The position numbers and the translations under genes are program-made. This document shows, one piece after another, positions 1-10,782 of a stretch of DNA of 36,329 bases (position 1 is the stretch's first letter; every line of letters starts with the position of its first letter). The notes under the pieces were generated by a model. That model was not told the origin of the DNA. It saw only the letters and a program-made list of their open reading frames with translations, and did no database searches. Source of the stretch: Octopus bimaculoides (taxonomy: Eukaryota). Location of the stretch: the NCBI RefSeq assembly GCF_001194135.2, contig NC_068983.1, positions 65,587,399 through 65,623,727 on the forward strand, read 5' to 3'.

Positions 1-113
1 ATATATACATATATATATATATATATACTTATGTATGTAACGTATCGGATTTTATTTTTCCCCATTGCTTAGTATAGGAGATGAGTGTTAATACTATAGC
101 AGAATATACTCAC

Positions 114-239
114 ACACTACAAAGTTTCGTTCATCAACACACACTATAGTTATTGCAAATTGATGGTTAATGTTTGCTCTGTAAATGCGTTTTATATGGA
201 CGATATCGTGGCAATTCGCTAAAAATTGTAAATTATCAT
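114..239 (-). CDS. Candidate internal coding exon of an unidentified host gene (phase 1-1, 126 nt)
   Basis: Lies in ORF 94..324(-). Acceptor atttttcgttttAG at 241-240 and donor GTGAGT at 113-108. Encodes xDNLQFLANCHDIVHIKRIYRANINHQFAITIVCVDERNFVV. No homolog recognised with certainty. Confidence 0.3.
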
Positions 240-714
240 CTAAAACGAAAAATGTGGGTTTAGCTATTATTAATATATGAGTATTTGTTTCCGTTGAGCA
301 ATCAATAGAGAAAATTCTTCCCACTGCGACATAAATAGCATTGAATATACGTGAGATTATTTAGTTTATGCTTTTTTTTTTATATATACATTAATCATCT
401 ATATAACTAATGGAAAATTACTGAAGATTCAGTGGGGGAAAAATTAGAAATATTTGTTTATTATTGTATTAGACCTGAAATATTACGTTGAAACATGTTT
501 ATGTAAAACGAATTTAAATTCACATTACATTCTGTTGAAAAAGCAATTCATGGATCTAGGAAATAAATTAGAAAATTATCCACAACGAGAAGAGTGTTTT
601 AAAGCGCTCACTTCATAAAGCGGAAACTGTCCGTGTAATTTTCAAGCAGGTAAGAGAAAACATTTTGAGAAAATTGAAAATTATCACCTCACAATCAAGC
701 ATATATGCATATTG

Positions 715-1005
715 CCCTTTCTCCCCCTCTCTCCCCCCTCTCTCTCTCTGTTTTTCTCTCTCTGTATCTGTCTGTCTCTCTCTCTATTTCTATCCATCTA
801 TCTATCTCTCTATCTATCTATCTATCTATCTTTATCTATGGATCTCACTTTCTCTCTTTCTCCCCTTCCTCTCTACTTCTCTCATTTTCCTTACACATAC
901 ACGCGCAGACACATACACACACAAATAGACCAAGGTGAACGTACACGTTATATATATGTATATATATATATACATATATATATATAAATATATATATATA
1001 TGTAT

Positions 1006-1101
<96 letters not shown>
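715..1101. repeat. Compound microsatellite (CT)/(CTAT)n, then (AT)n(GT)n
   Basis: Directly visible. Confidence 0.95.
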
Positions 1102-1103
<2 letters not shown>

Positions 1104-1714
1104 CATGTGAGCATTTAAAAGCAATTCAACTCCCTATTTCACTAAATATGTGGCCAACTAATTTTGCATCATGAAAGTTTTTTTAATTTAATCTCAATAA
1201 AGGTGCATAATACTGCATAAATTCCCATGTGAACTGTAATGTAAAAACACGAAATGGAAATTAAATCGTGGGGACATTAGGAGTATATATGTAAAGCAAC
1301 ATGTATTTTTTTATGATGTGTGTAGGCATTTCAATGCTTGTGCTTATATTTGTATGTATTCATATTCTAAATCATAAGACGGTCGAGGCTTGAGCTCGAT
1401 TTTTACATGTATACACTTTATATATCCACACTCCTACATATAAATAATACCATGGGTTTCAGATGTCAAAGAAACACCAGGTAAAAATCATATATAAAAA
1501 TTCATAAAATACACAAGACCTGCCCAGAAAACGTATATTAAAATTATCTAAAAAAAAAAAAGATGATTACAGTAAGTAAATCAACTAAATCTTTAACGAG
1601 AAAAGTATATAAATTAAATTTATACCCAACTATGAACATTAAATATACAATGAAAAAGTCAATATAGTCGTAGTCCATGATAATTGCAGGAGCATGATAC
1701 GAATCTAATCGGGG

Positions 1715-1891
1715 AACTAATCCACATCTTCGCGAATCTTTTTCAAAAGGTAATTTAACATCTAATATCTATGGCCGTTTCGCGAGTTCATTGCCGTTGA
1801 TGAACTCCCGAAATGGCCATAGATACTGGATGTTAAATTATCTTTTGGAATGATTCGTGAAGATATGCAATCGCGAAGATGTGGATTAGTT
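1715..1891. repeat. Long imperfect palindrome (fold-back), ~177 bp
   Basis: Arms 1745-1791 and 1800-1846 pair without indels (42/47 Watson-Crick) around an 8-nt loop. Outer arms 1715-1735 and 1871-1891 are a perfect 21-bp inverted repeat. Confidence 0.9.
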
Positions 1892-2867
1892 ACCTGAATT
1901 CAATGTTTGTTCTTAAATTATACTATTGATATGCATCTCTGGCTCAATATCATTTAAGCACTTCTCTCCTGCAGCCCTATATATATATATATATTGTCTT
2001 TTTCGAGTGAAACGTAATTTATAATTTACTTCTTGTTATATATATATATATATNNNNNNNNNNNNNNNNNNNNNNNNNNNNNNNNNNNNNNNNNNNNNNN
2101 NNNNNNNNNNNNNNNNNNNNNNNNNNNNNNNNNNNNNNNNNNNNNNNNNNNNNNNNNNNNNNNNNNNNNNNNNNNNNNNNNNNNNNNNNNNNNNNNNNNN
2201 NNNNNNNNNNNNNNNNNNNNNNNNNNNNNNNNNNNNNNNNNNNNNNNNNNNNNNNNNNNNNNNNNNNNNNNNNNNNNNNNNNNNNNNNNNNNNNNNNNNN
2301 NNNNNNNNNNNNNNNNNNNNNNNNNNNNNNNNNNNNNNNNNNNNNNNNNNNNNNNNNNNNNNNNNNNNNNNNNNNNNNNNNNNNNNNNNNNNNNNNNNNN
2401 NNNNNNNNNNNNNNNNNNNNNNNNNNNNNNNNNNNNNNNNNNNNNNNNNNNNNNNNNNNNNNNNNNNNNNNNNNNNNNNNNNNNNNNNNNNNNNNNNNNN
2501 NNNNNNNNNNNNNNNNNNNNNNNNNNNNNNNNNNNNNNNNNNNNNNNTATATATATATATACAGATAGATAGATAGATACATACATACATACATACATAC
2601 ATCACTGGCGTCAGTTGCAGTCACAGACACGTTGATATACAGGACTATACAGTCTCCCGCATAGTGAATACTGCCCCCTATAATTTTTGCCTGGTAAAAG
2701 AAATTGTTAAATTTGTTGAGTAAATGTCAGTAACCAATTTTCTCTTGAAAGTTCCGTAGCAGTAAACAGTGAAGTACATACCACACTTACATTTCATGGC
2801 AACGAAAGAACCTGGATTCATGTGTCACATTTCTCAAAACTATCGAGAAATATTCCAGTGAACATTC

Positions 2868-5160
2868 GAATTGAACCAAGACCTATAACAGTTCTACGAA
2901 AAGAATAAGAAATATTCCACCATAAGCGACATGAAGAGACTTAAAGAATATCCGGATAAGAAGTACCCAACATTTTCAAGATTTTCAGATGAACTATTAC
3001 GCCATTGAACTACATTTGTTGAAAAGCAATTTACCATTCTACTAATCAAAATCATTCAGCCAGAACGATAGTAGTCTCATTAACAATACAGTAAACTTTT
3101 TCCACTAAGAAACTGTGAACGATGAGAATCATGATTGAGATGAACACAGCAATAACGAACCACCACCACCACCACCACACGGTCGTTTTGCAAATAATCC
3201 CACAAAAACGAATGAAGAATGCAAGATACTAAAGACACAGCTTGCATCGAAATTCGAGAGAGAACCTCACTACTTATATACATAAGGTACTGCATGAATA
3301 AACGATACCAGCATGAGGAGGGGACCTACCGGCCTGATGAAATTGCAAGAGAACAATTAGCTCAAATTAAAGCCTCCAGCTTTTGGACAATAAATATTCT
3401 GTGACTTTGTGCCCCCAAAACTGTGTACTAGGAAGTGGGAGTAAAAGGGACCTATCCGAAATAGTTTTCGCCCACCAAAATAACATCAACTCACGAAGAC
3501 TGTAGGCAGTTGGACACTATCAGCCCTGGTAACAAAATGCCAAGGCTACATGTTGGGATATGCAGAAGGGAATAAAATTAATTTACAGGGAGGGTGCGCT
3601 GAGCGGTGATAAGAAAAGCACGGTGAATGGCTTGTTTACAAGTCTGAACGTGCTCTTAGCATATTCGAACTGGTATTAACATTCAAATAAAATTAACGCC
3701 AACCTCACATTTTTTGATGGTGACCTAAAGTCATATTCTGATAACAGGATCAACATCAAGAGACAATGAAAACTAGTCACAACATTTTCACGGGACTCAT
3801 GATGAAATCTACAACTACCTTGGAATCGATGAGAATGTTTTGTGTTGGTACTATGACTAAAGCCAGAATAACAAAAGGGTACTTCTGTAGACTCCGATAA
3901 ATATAGAGATCAGAGCTCTCTGCATTTAACAAGATCATGTCTCACAATGTTTTTGCAATGCCAGCGCTAGTACGAACATTTTGGATACTAGACTGGACTC
4001 TTGACGACATTCGTAGCCTGGGCATCAAAACTAGAAAAGTATTGACCGCTACTGGCAACTTCCACATTAACGGTGACAGACAGGATCTATGTTAGACGAA
4101 GTGATGGTGGTAGAGGCGTAAGTCAGTCCAGAGAGCATGCGTATGTCGCAGTATATCACTTAGGTAACAAGTATGGCACAGTAAAGAAAGAAATTAGTAC
4201 ATACAGCAGATACGCAACAATGAGAGCAACACCATCAGAGTTGGAGAAGAATTGTGCAGATATTTTTGATTACAAATGTCTCATGCGACCCAAACGAGGC
4301 AGGGAATGGCCTACCTAAACAGAATCTTGAAGGAGAAGCAGGCATCATACCAGCAAAAACAGTGTGTGGGTATATGTCCCGTAAGCTAGAGAATACCAAC
4401 ATCATTTACAGGAAGAGAATTCACTCCTGGTCTTGTTGTAGATACATTACACCCTACGTAGAAGGATATGCCTTCACTATTCAAGAACAGAAGATAGCTA
4501 CTAAATACCTGATAAACAAAAGAGACAAAGTACCACAAAACCTGTACGTTGTTGTGATAGAAAATGTTGGCTCTGTTATACCAGTGTAAAGGACATCACC
4601 TACAACATCAGCAGCTGCCTCTAAAATGTCTACGAGATACTACCAACCCATACCCACGAGGCTTGATATAGTTGCAAAGATTTTTTACAATCTACCTTCA
4701 GGAAGGGTTGCCTTGACGTATACATCGAAGGTGTGTGAGAACCAGCAGGAAGTCAGACCTTTAAAAGCAAGAAATACTGGTGCAACACTCCTATACAAAC
4801 ATCAAGTCGGTGCAAACATAACATGTCTGATGTTCTTTTGTGGATAGGGAACAAAAGTCATGCACTGCTGTATGACTTATATGACATCTGCCCATGAGAT
4901 GTGTATCATCAAAAGTCCAGGAAAAAGAGAACATTTACGGTGAATTAATACGGAATTTACAGCTCGTATACTCTAATATTAAATTCTCACTTGTATCATC
5001 ATAGGTGCATTAGGGTATATACCAACAAATTTACACAAAAACCTAGAAATACCAGGTATTTTCGAAGAAAGAGTAACAAAAATTGGCGCGGATTTTTCAA
5101 ATCCAATCTATTATGCGCACAGTGAATGTTTGTAAAGCAGTACTTAGATTCGCCATCTAA
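2868..5160 (+). mobile_element. Decayed, internally deleted R4/Dong-clade (RLE-type) non-LTR retrotransposon, near full domain span
   Basis: Broken frames, in order: N-terminal ELNQDL*QFYEKNKKYSTISDMKRLKEY (2868-); RT catalytic-like FFDGDLKSY (~3710-3740); post-RT SELSAFNKIMSHNVFAMPALVRTFWILDWTLDDIRSLGIKTRK (~3910-4040); EGYAFTIQEQKIATKYL (ORF 4254..4589); IIGALGYIP near 5000; C-terminal TVNVCKAVLRFAI* ending 5160. Many stops and frameshifts. Confidence 0.8.
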
Positions 5161-6805
5161 GATTTTTTAGGGGAATAGCTGCACCCACTTCAGTGTGTGC
5201 ATCGACAGTTCAACCGACACACCAACTCAACCATATATTTACAAACGCCAGACACTCTCTAAACTCAAAATGCCTTGTCGTTTTGTTAGCCACCGGTATG
5301 AACTCTCTTCAGAACTTAAATAAAACACGAAGAAAACATACATAGCCTGATTGAACGGGCTTCTGATTACAGCGTTCAAACCATTACAATCCTTGCACTC
5401 GTTTACATGAAATAATACGCTTGTATTCGGTTTGACATTATCTAATTCGAACCTCTCTTTATAAGACAACCATGAGTTATTACTAAGAGATTTGTCAGCC
5501 GTTTCAAGATATTTCCTTTAAAGACTTAAATTGCCTAAACTATTTGCATAAGGTGTCTTCTTGTACAGGTTATATATTTTACTCTACACATTGGTTATTT
5601 CATAGCCGTGTAGTAATTTTGAAATCTGCTAAGATTTTCTCAAAGTATAGAGATATTCCAAGCTATATGAATTGTTATTTTCCTTTTGATGGGAATACGA
5701 GAAGGCCAATGAAATGTAAGAATTCCGTATTTTGAAGTACGCTTCTGATCTGGAACATTTAATTTACTCTTCGTGCATGTCTCTCTAATATCTATAATAT
5801 AGAATGATCTGTCCTTCATATTAGCTATAGCTTGAGAGCCAATTGTCATCTAATGAGTATTAGCAATTACAAGCCAGATCAGCAGCGCTATTGGCCATTG
5901 TCTTTGAAAATCAAATGTGAGATTCGATGTGGTTTGGTTAGATATTTTTGATAACATCAAAAATCTATTTTACGTAAATTCCCTTCAAAATTTAATCAAA
6001 TCATTCAATATTATCGTTTCCTCCGTTAAGATATGTGCAGCTCTTTTGTTCTCAATTATCTAAATTGTAAGAACTATAAGGTTCTTCTAAACTATAGAAA
6101 TTCTCTATGTAAATTACTTTCCCTTACAGCTTGAGGAATTTCTGCTTAGACGGGAAAATTTATATTTGAATTGATTGAATTATTTCCACTTATATACTTA
6201 CTGCCCTTTGCAAAAGCGATAACCCAATGGCACTTGCGATTAACTTATATGGAATACCAGGAAAGATATGCTAGTATCTGTAGATTTGCACTTATTACGA
6301 TTTAGCATCGACGCTCCAGAACTTCAGGAACAAAATTGAAATTGGCATTACAGATAGAAAAGGAGTCAGTGGTGTTACTAACGGTCATTTGAATTTGTAT
6401 TAGAACATAACGATAACCAAGCTAATTTCCTCCTGAACTTAATCATTCAGATCGAATCCTTTAAAATTAATGAAATTTTACCAGATTTTGAAATTAAGAA
6501 TTAAAGTACGCCCCTGAGAATTTCGAAGTGTTAAAGTTTTCTAATTTCATAACTCACAAATATAATATTTACGTTCTAGTGTTTCTAATAATTCAAATTT
6601 AATCGACTTATTTCATGCATTCATTTGTTCATCTGCTCAATCTTTCCGAGAAGCAGCATCGGTTCTAACTCATTGCAACCTGCTGGGCATTTTAGTACGC
6701 ATAATCTACAAATAGCGAAACGATTATCTAAACATTATCATCATTAGAAGAGAAAAGTTAAGAAGCAGTATTTACTTCAATAATACAAGGATATCTTAGA
6801 AGAAG

Positions 6806-6842
<37 letters not shown>

Positions 6843-6932
6843 TGTATGTAAATATGTATGTATGTATTTATGCATGTATGTATGTATGTATTATGTATGT
6901 ATGTATATATGTATGTATGTATGTATGTTTGT
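6806..6932. repeat. (GATA)n(TATG)n tetranucleotide array
   Basis: Directly visible. Confidence 0.95.
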
Positions 6933-6934
6933 AT

Positions 6935-7060
6935 AGAACGGAGGATTGACAGAGTCTTCAGAGCGTTGGAAAAAGACATGTTTCGTACTGAGTTCAAATC
7001 CAGCCGATGTTACATTTGCCGTTCATCCTACCGGTATCAAGAAAATACCGTACCAGTTAA
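6935..7060 (+). mobile_element. Partial, degenerate tRNA-derived SINE (family 2)
   Basis: gagttcaaatccagccgatgttacatttgccgttcatcctaccggtatcaagaaaataccgtaccagtt aligns by eye with 22690-22765 and with the reverse complement of 8470-8545. Confidence 0.6.
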
Positions 7061-7135
7061 TTTACCAGTAAATCGAGGATGGTACAGGACAATACAATAC
7101 AATACAATGTGGAGGTTACTTCAAAGCATCTAAAC

Positions 7136-7414
7136 CAGTGGCTCAACGTTTTCGGGCTGCCACCTTCTTGGCATCTACGCCGCATTCCTAGCGCCCTCCC
7201 ATTCACTACCACCACAAATATAGACCACTTTCTGTAGCTAATTCAAAACACCTGTATTTGACAAATAAAACTACACTTAATTTACCCATAATCTTGTTTT
7301 TACATTCATCGTCCTCTTTTGGACCACCCATTACCACCCCATTTTTCTTAAATGCTCCCCTGGATCTTTCCACCACCCTTAGTGGGGCAATACCGCCTAC
7401 GTAATGAACTACTG
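7136..7414. mobile_element. hAT (Charlie-like) MITE, 279 bp
   Basis: Ends CAGTGGCTCAACG ... CGTAATGAACTACTG are degenerate TIRs of the CAGTGGTT type. Flanking 8-mers ATCTAAAC (7128-7135) and GTCTAAGC (7415-7422) are 6/8 identical and fit the NTCTARAN target preference known for hAT-Charlie. Confidence 0.6.
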
Positions 7415-7479
7415 GTCTAAGCAGTAAAATAACAAATAAGTAAGAAATTCAACGATACTATGCCCCTAATATATAGAGA

Positions 7480-8010
7480 TTTCCGAGGGCTGCCCGTGGA
7501 AAAGACACAAATCACGACCACATTCACCACTAGTAAAACTGCCCTTTCCCCATGCTCGTTCCTCAGCATACAGGTGCATTCTCACAACTGGAATGTCCAC
7601 TCGGATGGTCCTTGCCACTCTCGTCCAGTTTTCAACAAATTTGCTGGATGGCAGCACGTCCTTCTCCACTTTTAGCTACTTTTTCATGAGAAACTTGAGA
7701 AAGGTGATGAGTTTCCGACCAAAGAGGAAGTTGCCTGACTTCAGCATTTTCAATCTGATCCACTAAACAGCCTTTCTTGCTAGGGCCACCAGAGAGATAG
7801 AAAAATGCCCGTATTTTTCGAACAAAAGAAAGCGGCATGACTATCTATAAATTTCTGGAACTTATCCATGGGATCCGACTAGATAATTCTCCAGACACTT
7901 TTGCCAGCACTGATACTCTCCAACAGAGAGTCGTCACAGTTGCTTGCTTTAGGACGTCAGAGACGAGATGTGAAGAGGCGAATTTGACAAACGGCGAGAC
8001 AAACGGATCG
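7480..8010 (-). mobile_element. 3' ORF2 fragment of a Tx1/L1-like LINE, pseudogenised
   Basis: Locally GC-richer. The minus frame reads AV*WIRLKMLKSGNFLFGRKLITFLKFLMKK*LKVEKDVLPSSKFVENWTRVARTIRVD, resembling Tx1/L1 ORF2 C-termini (from memory). Contains in-frame stops. Confidence 0.5.
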
Positions 8011-8243
8011 CCGTAAAAGAAACGCTATCATCAGCTTGGGCATGCCCAGTCTCCCACTCTACGTGTGTTGACAACAAGCATGACACCTGACCAATGGGAC
8101 GCGTTTCTTAATTTACGACCTTCATTCTTATACACACACTCACACACACACACACAAAATCATACGCACACATATAGAGAATTAGACAGATGGATAGATA
8201 GAGAAAACGAGTAAGGTAGGGAAACAACTTTGGGTTTCAAGTT

Positions 8244-8391
8244 AATATTGGTTTCAAATGTTGGCACTGAACCGAAAGGATGAAAGGTAAAGTGGACCTG
8301 GGCGGAATTACAACTCAGAACATAAAGACGGGTGAAATGCTGCCAAGCATTGTGTCTGGCGGATTGTGCCAGGCGCAGCGCGAGTTGTCCC
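8244..8391 (-). mobile_element. SINE family 2, internally deleted copy
   Basis: aatattggtttcaaatgttggcac...gaaaggatgaaaggtaaagtggacctgggcggaattacaactcagaac is the reverse complement of the 22615-22834 type, lacking part of the 3' half. Confidence 0.75.
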
Positions 8392-8394
8392 GTT

Positions 8395-8615
8395 AATATT
8401 GTCTTTATATTTTGGTTCAAAGCCAGCAATATCGAGGAGCGGAAAGTCGACTACATGGACCCCAGTGTCTAAGTAGTACTTATTTTATCAACCCGCGAAA
8501 TGATAAAAGGCAAAGTCGACCTCTGAGGAATGTGAACTCAGAACGTGAAGGCAGAGTAAATGTCACTATGCATTTTGTATGGCGTGCTATAGATTTTGTT
8601 CGCTCGCCACCTTTA
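8395..8615 (-). mobile_element. SINE family 2, near full-length copy
   Basis: tacttattttatcaacccgcgaaatgataaaaggcaaagtcgacctctgaggaatgtgaactcagaacg; sits in tandem with 8244-8391. Confidence 0.8.
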
Positions 8616-9564
8616 AGGATTCACGTTAATATTGCTTGATATATGCTACGCTGCACGTGAGGTAATGTTGGCTCACACTGTAGCAGATTTAAAGAATTTC
8701 CATTTATAATGCCTTGGTAAAGAAAAAGGAGAAATCAACCAAAATTGTATAAATTCTTACATTCACGGGTTATCAGAACGAGTAGCATTCTTTTAATTGT
8801 CAACGATAATATAGTGGTAGAACCTCCTTTAGTAACTGCTACAGTAAGTTAGATGAACTGATCTGCAGCAATTAAATGTTTCTATCCGTTTAGGTACACT
8901 TCAAGTACACTATCTGTGTTTACTTATGATGCTATGATGTCCAATAGAATAATTTTATAGATATCCAGCTAATATAAACTAAGTAGATAAATATCAACAA
9001 CTTGTTTTTGTTTTTTTTTATACAACTCGTTTCTTTCCACGGTATATTCAATGAAAGTTGGTTATTTGCAGCTGTCTACTATGTTACAATATTATATATA
9101 TATATATATNNNNNNNNNNNNNNNNNNNNNNNNNNNNNNNNNNNNNNNNNNNNNNNNNNNNNNNNNNNNNNNNNNNNNNNNNNNNNNNNNNNNNNNNNNN
9201 NNNNNNNNNNNNNNNNNNNNNNNNNNNNNNNNNNNNNNNNNNNNNNNNNNNNNNNNNNNNNNNNNNNNNNNNNNNNNNNNNNNNNNNNNNNNNNNNNNNN
9301 NNNNNNNNNNNNNNNNNNNNNNNNNNNNNNNNNNNNNNNNNNNNNNNNNNNNNNNNNNNNNNNNNNNNNNNNNNNNNNNNNNNNNNNNNNNNNNNNNNNN
9401 NNNNNNNNNNNNNNNNNNNNNNNNNNNNNNNNNNNNNNNNNNNNNNNNNNNNNNNNNNNNNNNNNNNNNNNNNNNNNNNNNNNNNNNNNNNNNNGTTAAA
9501 ATAGTTTACGCCTCCTTCAGTGCGTTTTATATACATGAATAATTCTACCTATATAACGAAATAT

Positions 9565-9951
9565 TCTTGTTGTTGGCACTCCGTCGCTTACGACGTCGAG
9601 GGCTCTAGTTGGTTTGATCAACGGAACAGCCTGCTCGTGAAATTAACGTGCAAGTGGCTGAGCACTCCACAGACACGTGTACCCTTTACGTAGTTCTTAG
9701 AGATATTCAGCGTGACACAGTGTGACAAGGCTGACCCTTTGAATTACAAGCACAACAGAAACAGGAAGTAAGAGTGAGAGAAAGTTGTGGTGAAAGAGTA
9801 CAGCAGGGTTCACCACCTTTCTCTGCCGGAGTCTCGTGGAGCTTCAGGTGTTTTCGATCAATAAACACTCACAACTCCCGGTCTGGGAATCGAAACCGCG
9901 ATCTTAAGACCGCGAATAGCTGCCCAAACCAGTGGGCCATTGCGCCTCCAC
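9565..9951 (-). mobile_element. tRNA-derived SINE (family 1), near full length
   Basis: Minus strand begins GTGGAGGCGCAATGGCCCACTGG (A-box-like, 9929-9939) with B-box-like GGTTTCGATTCC (9886-9897). Its body is shared with 10077-10235 and 12510-12595, and it ends in an (AAC)-like tail. Confidence 0.85.
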
Positions 9952-10076
9952 TATAATGAAATAGCAGTTGCCAAGTATAATTACGGTATCACTTTAATAC
10001 AGTCCTATTGAATAAATAACAAAAGTACATAATTGCCTAAACAGCGCAGCCCAAAAATTATTTTCAGTTTTCTCTT

Positions 10077-10272
10077 GCCTTGTCACATTCTGTGTCTCAC
10101 TAAACCTCTCTGAGAACTACGTTAAGAGTACGCGTGTCGGTGATAGGCTCAGCCACTTGTATCTTGATTTTACGAGCAGACTGTTCTGTTGATTAGATCA
10201 ACTAAAGCCCTCGTCGTCGTAACCGACGGAGTTCCAGTCTGAAAAAAGTAAAAACTGCATGCTAAGCTTCAT
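10077..10272 (+). mobile_element. SINE family 1, headless 3' half with variant tail
   Basis: gccttgtcaca...gagaactacgttaagagtacgcgtgtc...ccctcgtcgtcgtaaccgacggag is an inverted homolog of 9574-9731. Confidence 0.8.
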
Positions 10273-10332
10273 TTTCAAATCGTTGCCTAATGTCTCCTCA
10301 TTTTTCTTTTGTTCTTTCTACACCCAGTTTTC

Positions 10333-10347
10333 CTTCTTCTTCTTCTT

Positions 10348-10429
<82 letters not shown>
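10333..10429. repeat. (TTC)n(TTA)n array running into a gap
   Basis: Directly visible. Confidence 0.95.
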
Positions 10430-10782
10430 NNNNNNNNNNNNNNNNNNNNNNNNNNNNNNNNNNNNNNNNNNNNNNNNNNNNNNNNNNNNNNNNNNNNNNN
10501 NNNNNNNNNNNNNNNNNNNNNNNNNNNNNNNNNNNNNNNNNNNNNNNNNNNNNNNNNNNNNNNNNNNNNNNNNNNNNNNNNNNNNNNNNNNNNNNNNNNN
10601 NNNNNNNNNNNNNNNNNNNNNNNNNNNNNNNNNNNNNNNNNNNNNNNNNNNNNNNNNNNNNNNNNNNNNNNNNNNNNNNNNNNNNNNNNNNNNNNNNNNN
10701 NNNNNNNNNNNNNNNNNNNNNNNNNNNNNNNNNNNNNNNNNNNNNNNNNNNNNNNNNNNNNNNNNNNNNNNNNNNNNNNNNN

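Noticed and set aside
665-1174. ORFs rich in LS, IY and CV dipeptides (also 6758-7133, 13718-13969, 15053-15500, 28832-29185, 35051-35581)
   Set aside because: Di- and tetranucleotide microsatellite translations.
2019-2630. Long poly-X ORFs (also 9002-9542, 10259-10948, 24122-24597, 35766-36067)
   Set aside because: They are open only because they cross N-gaps and flanking microsatellites.
2791-2892. Minus-strand segment with strong acceptor and GTAAGT donor
   Set aside because: All three frames are closed, and it overlaps the antisense of the retroelement N-terminus.
3333-3360. Second CTGATGA followed by a small stem (AATTG...CAATT)
   Set aside because: No GAAA after the stem and no stem III/UH; lies in retroelement coding sequence. 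Other CTGAnGA hits I checked by eye also lacked hammerhead topology.
5640-5849. 69-aa minus ORF, with TAG stops nearby that editing could recode
   Set aside because: No homolog recognised, ORF length is expected by chance, and a TAA stop is also present.
9880-9951. Possible tRNA gene
   Set aside because: A/B boxes are present but it continues into a repeated SINE body with no complete cloverleaf or terminator, so it is called a SINE head.
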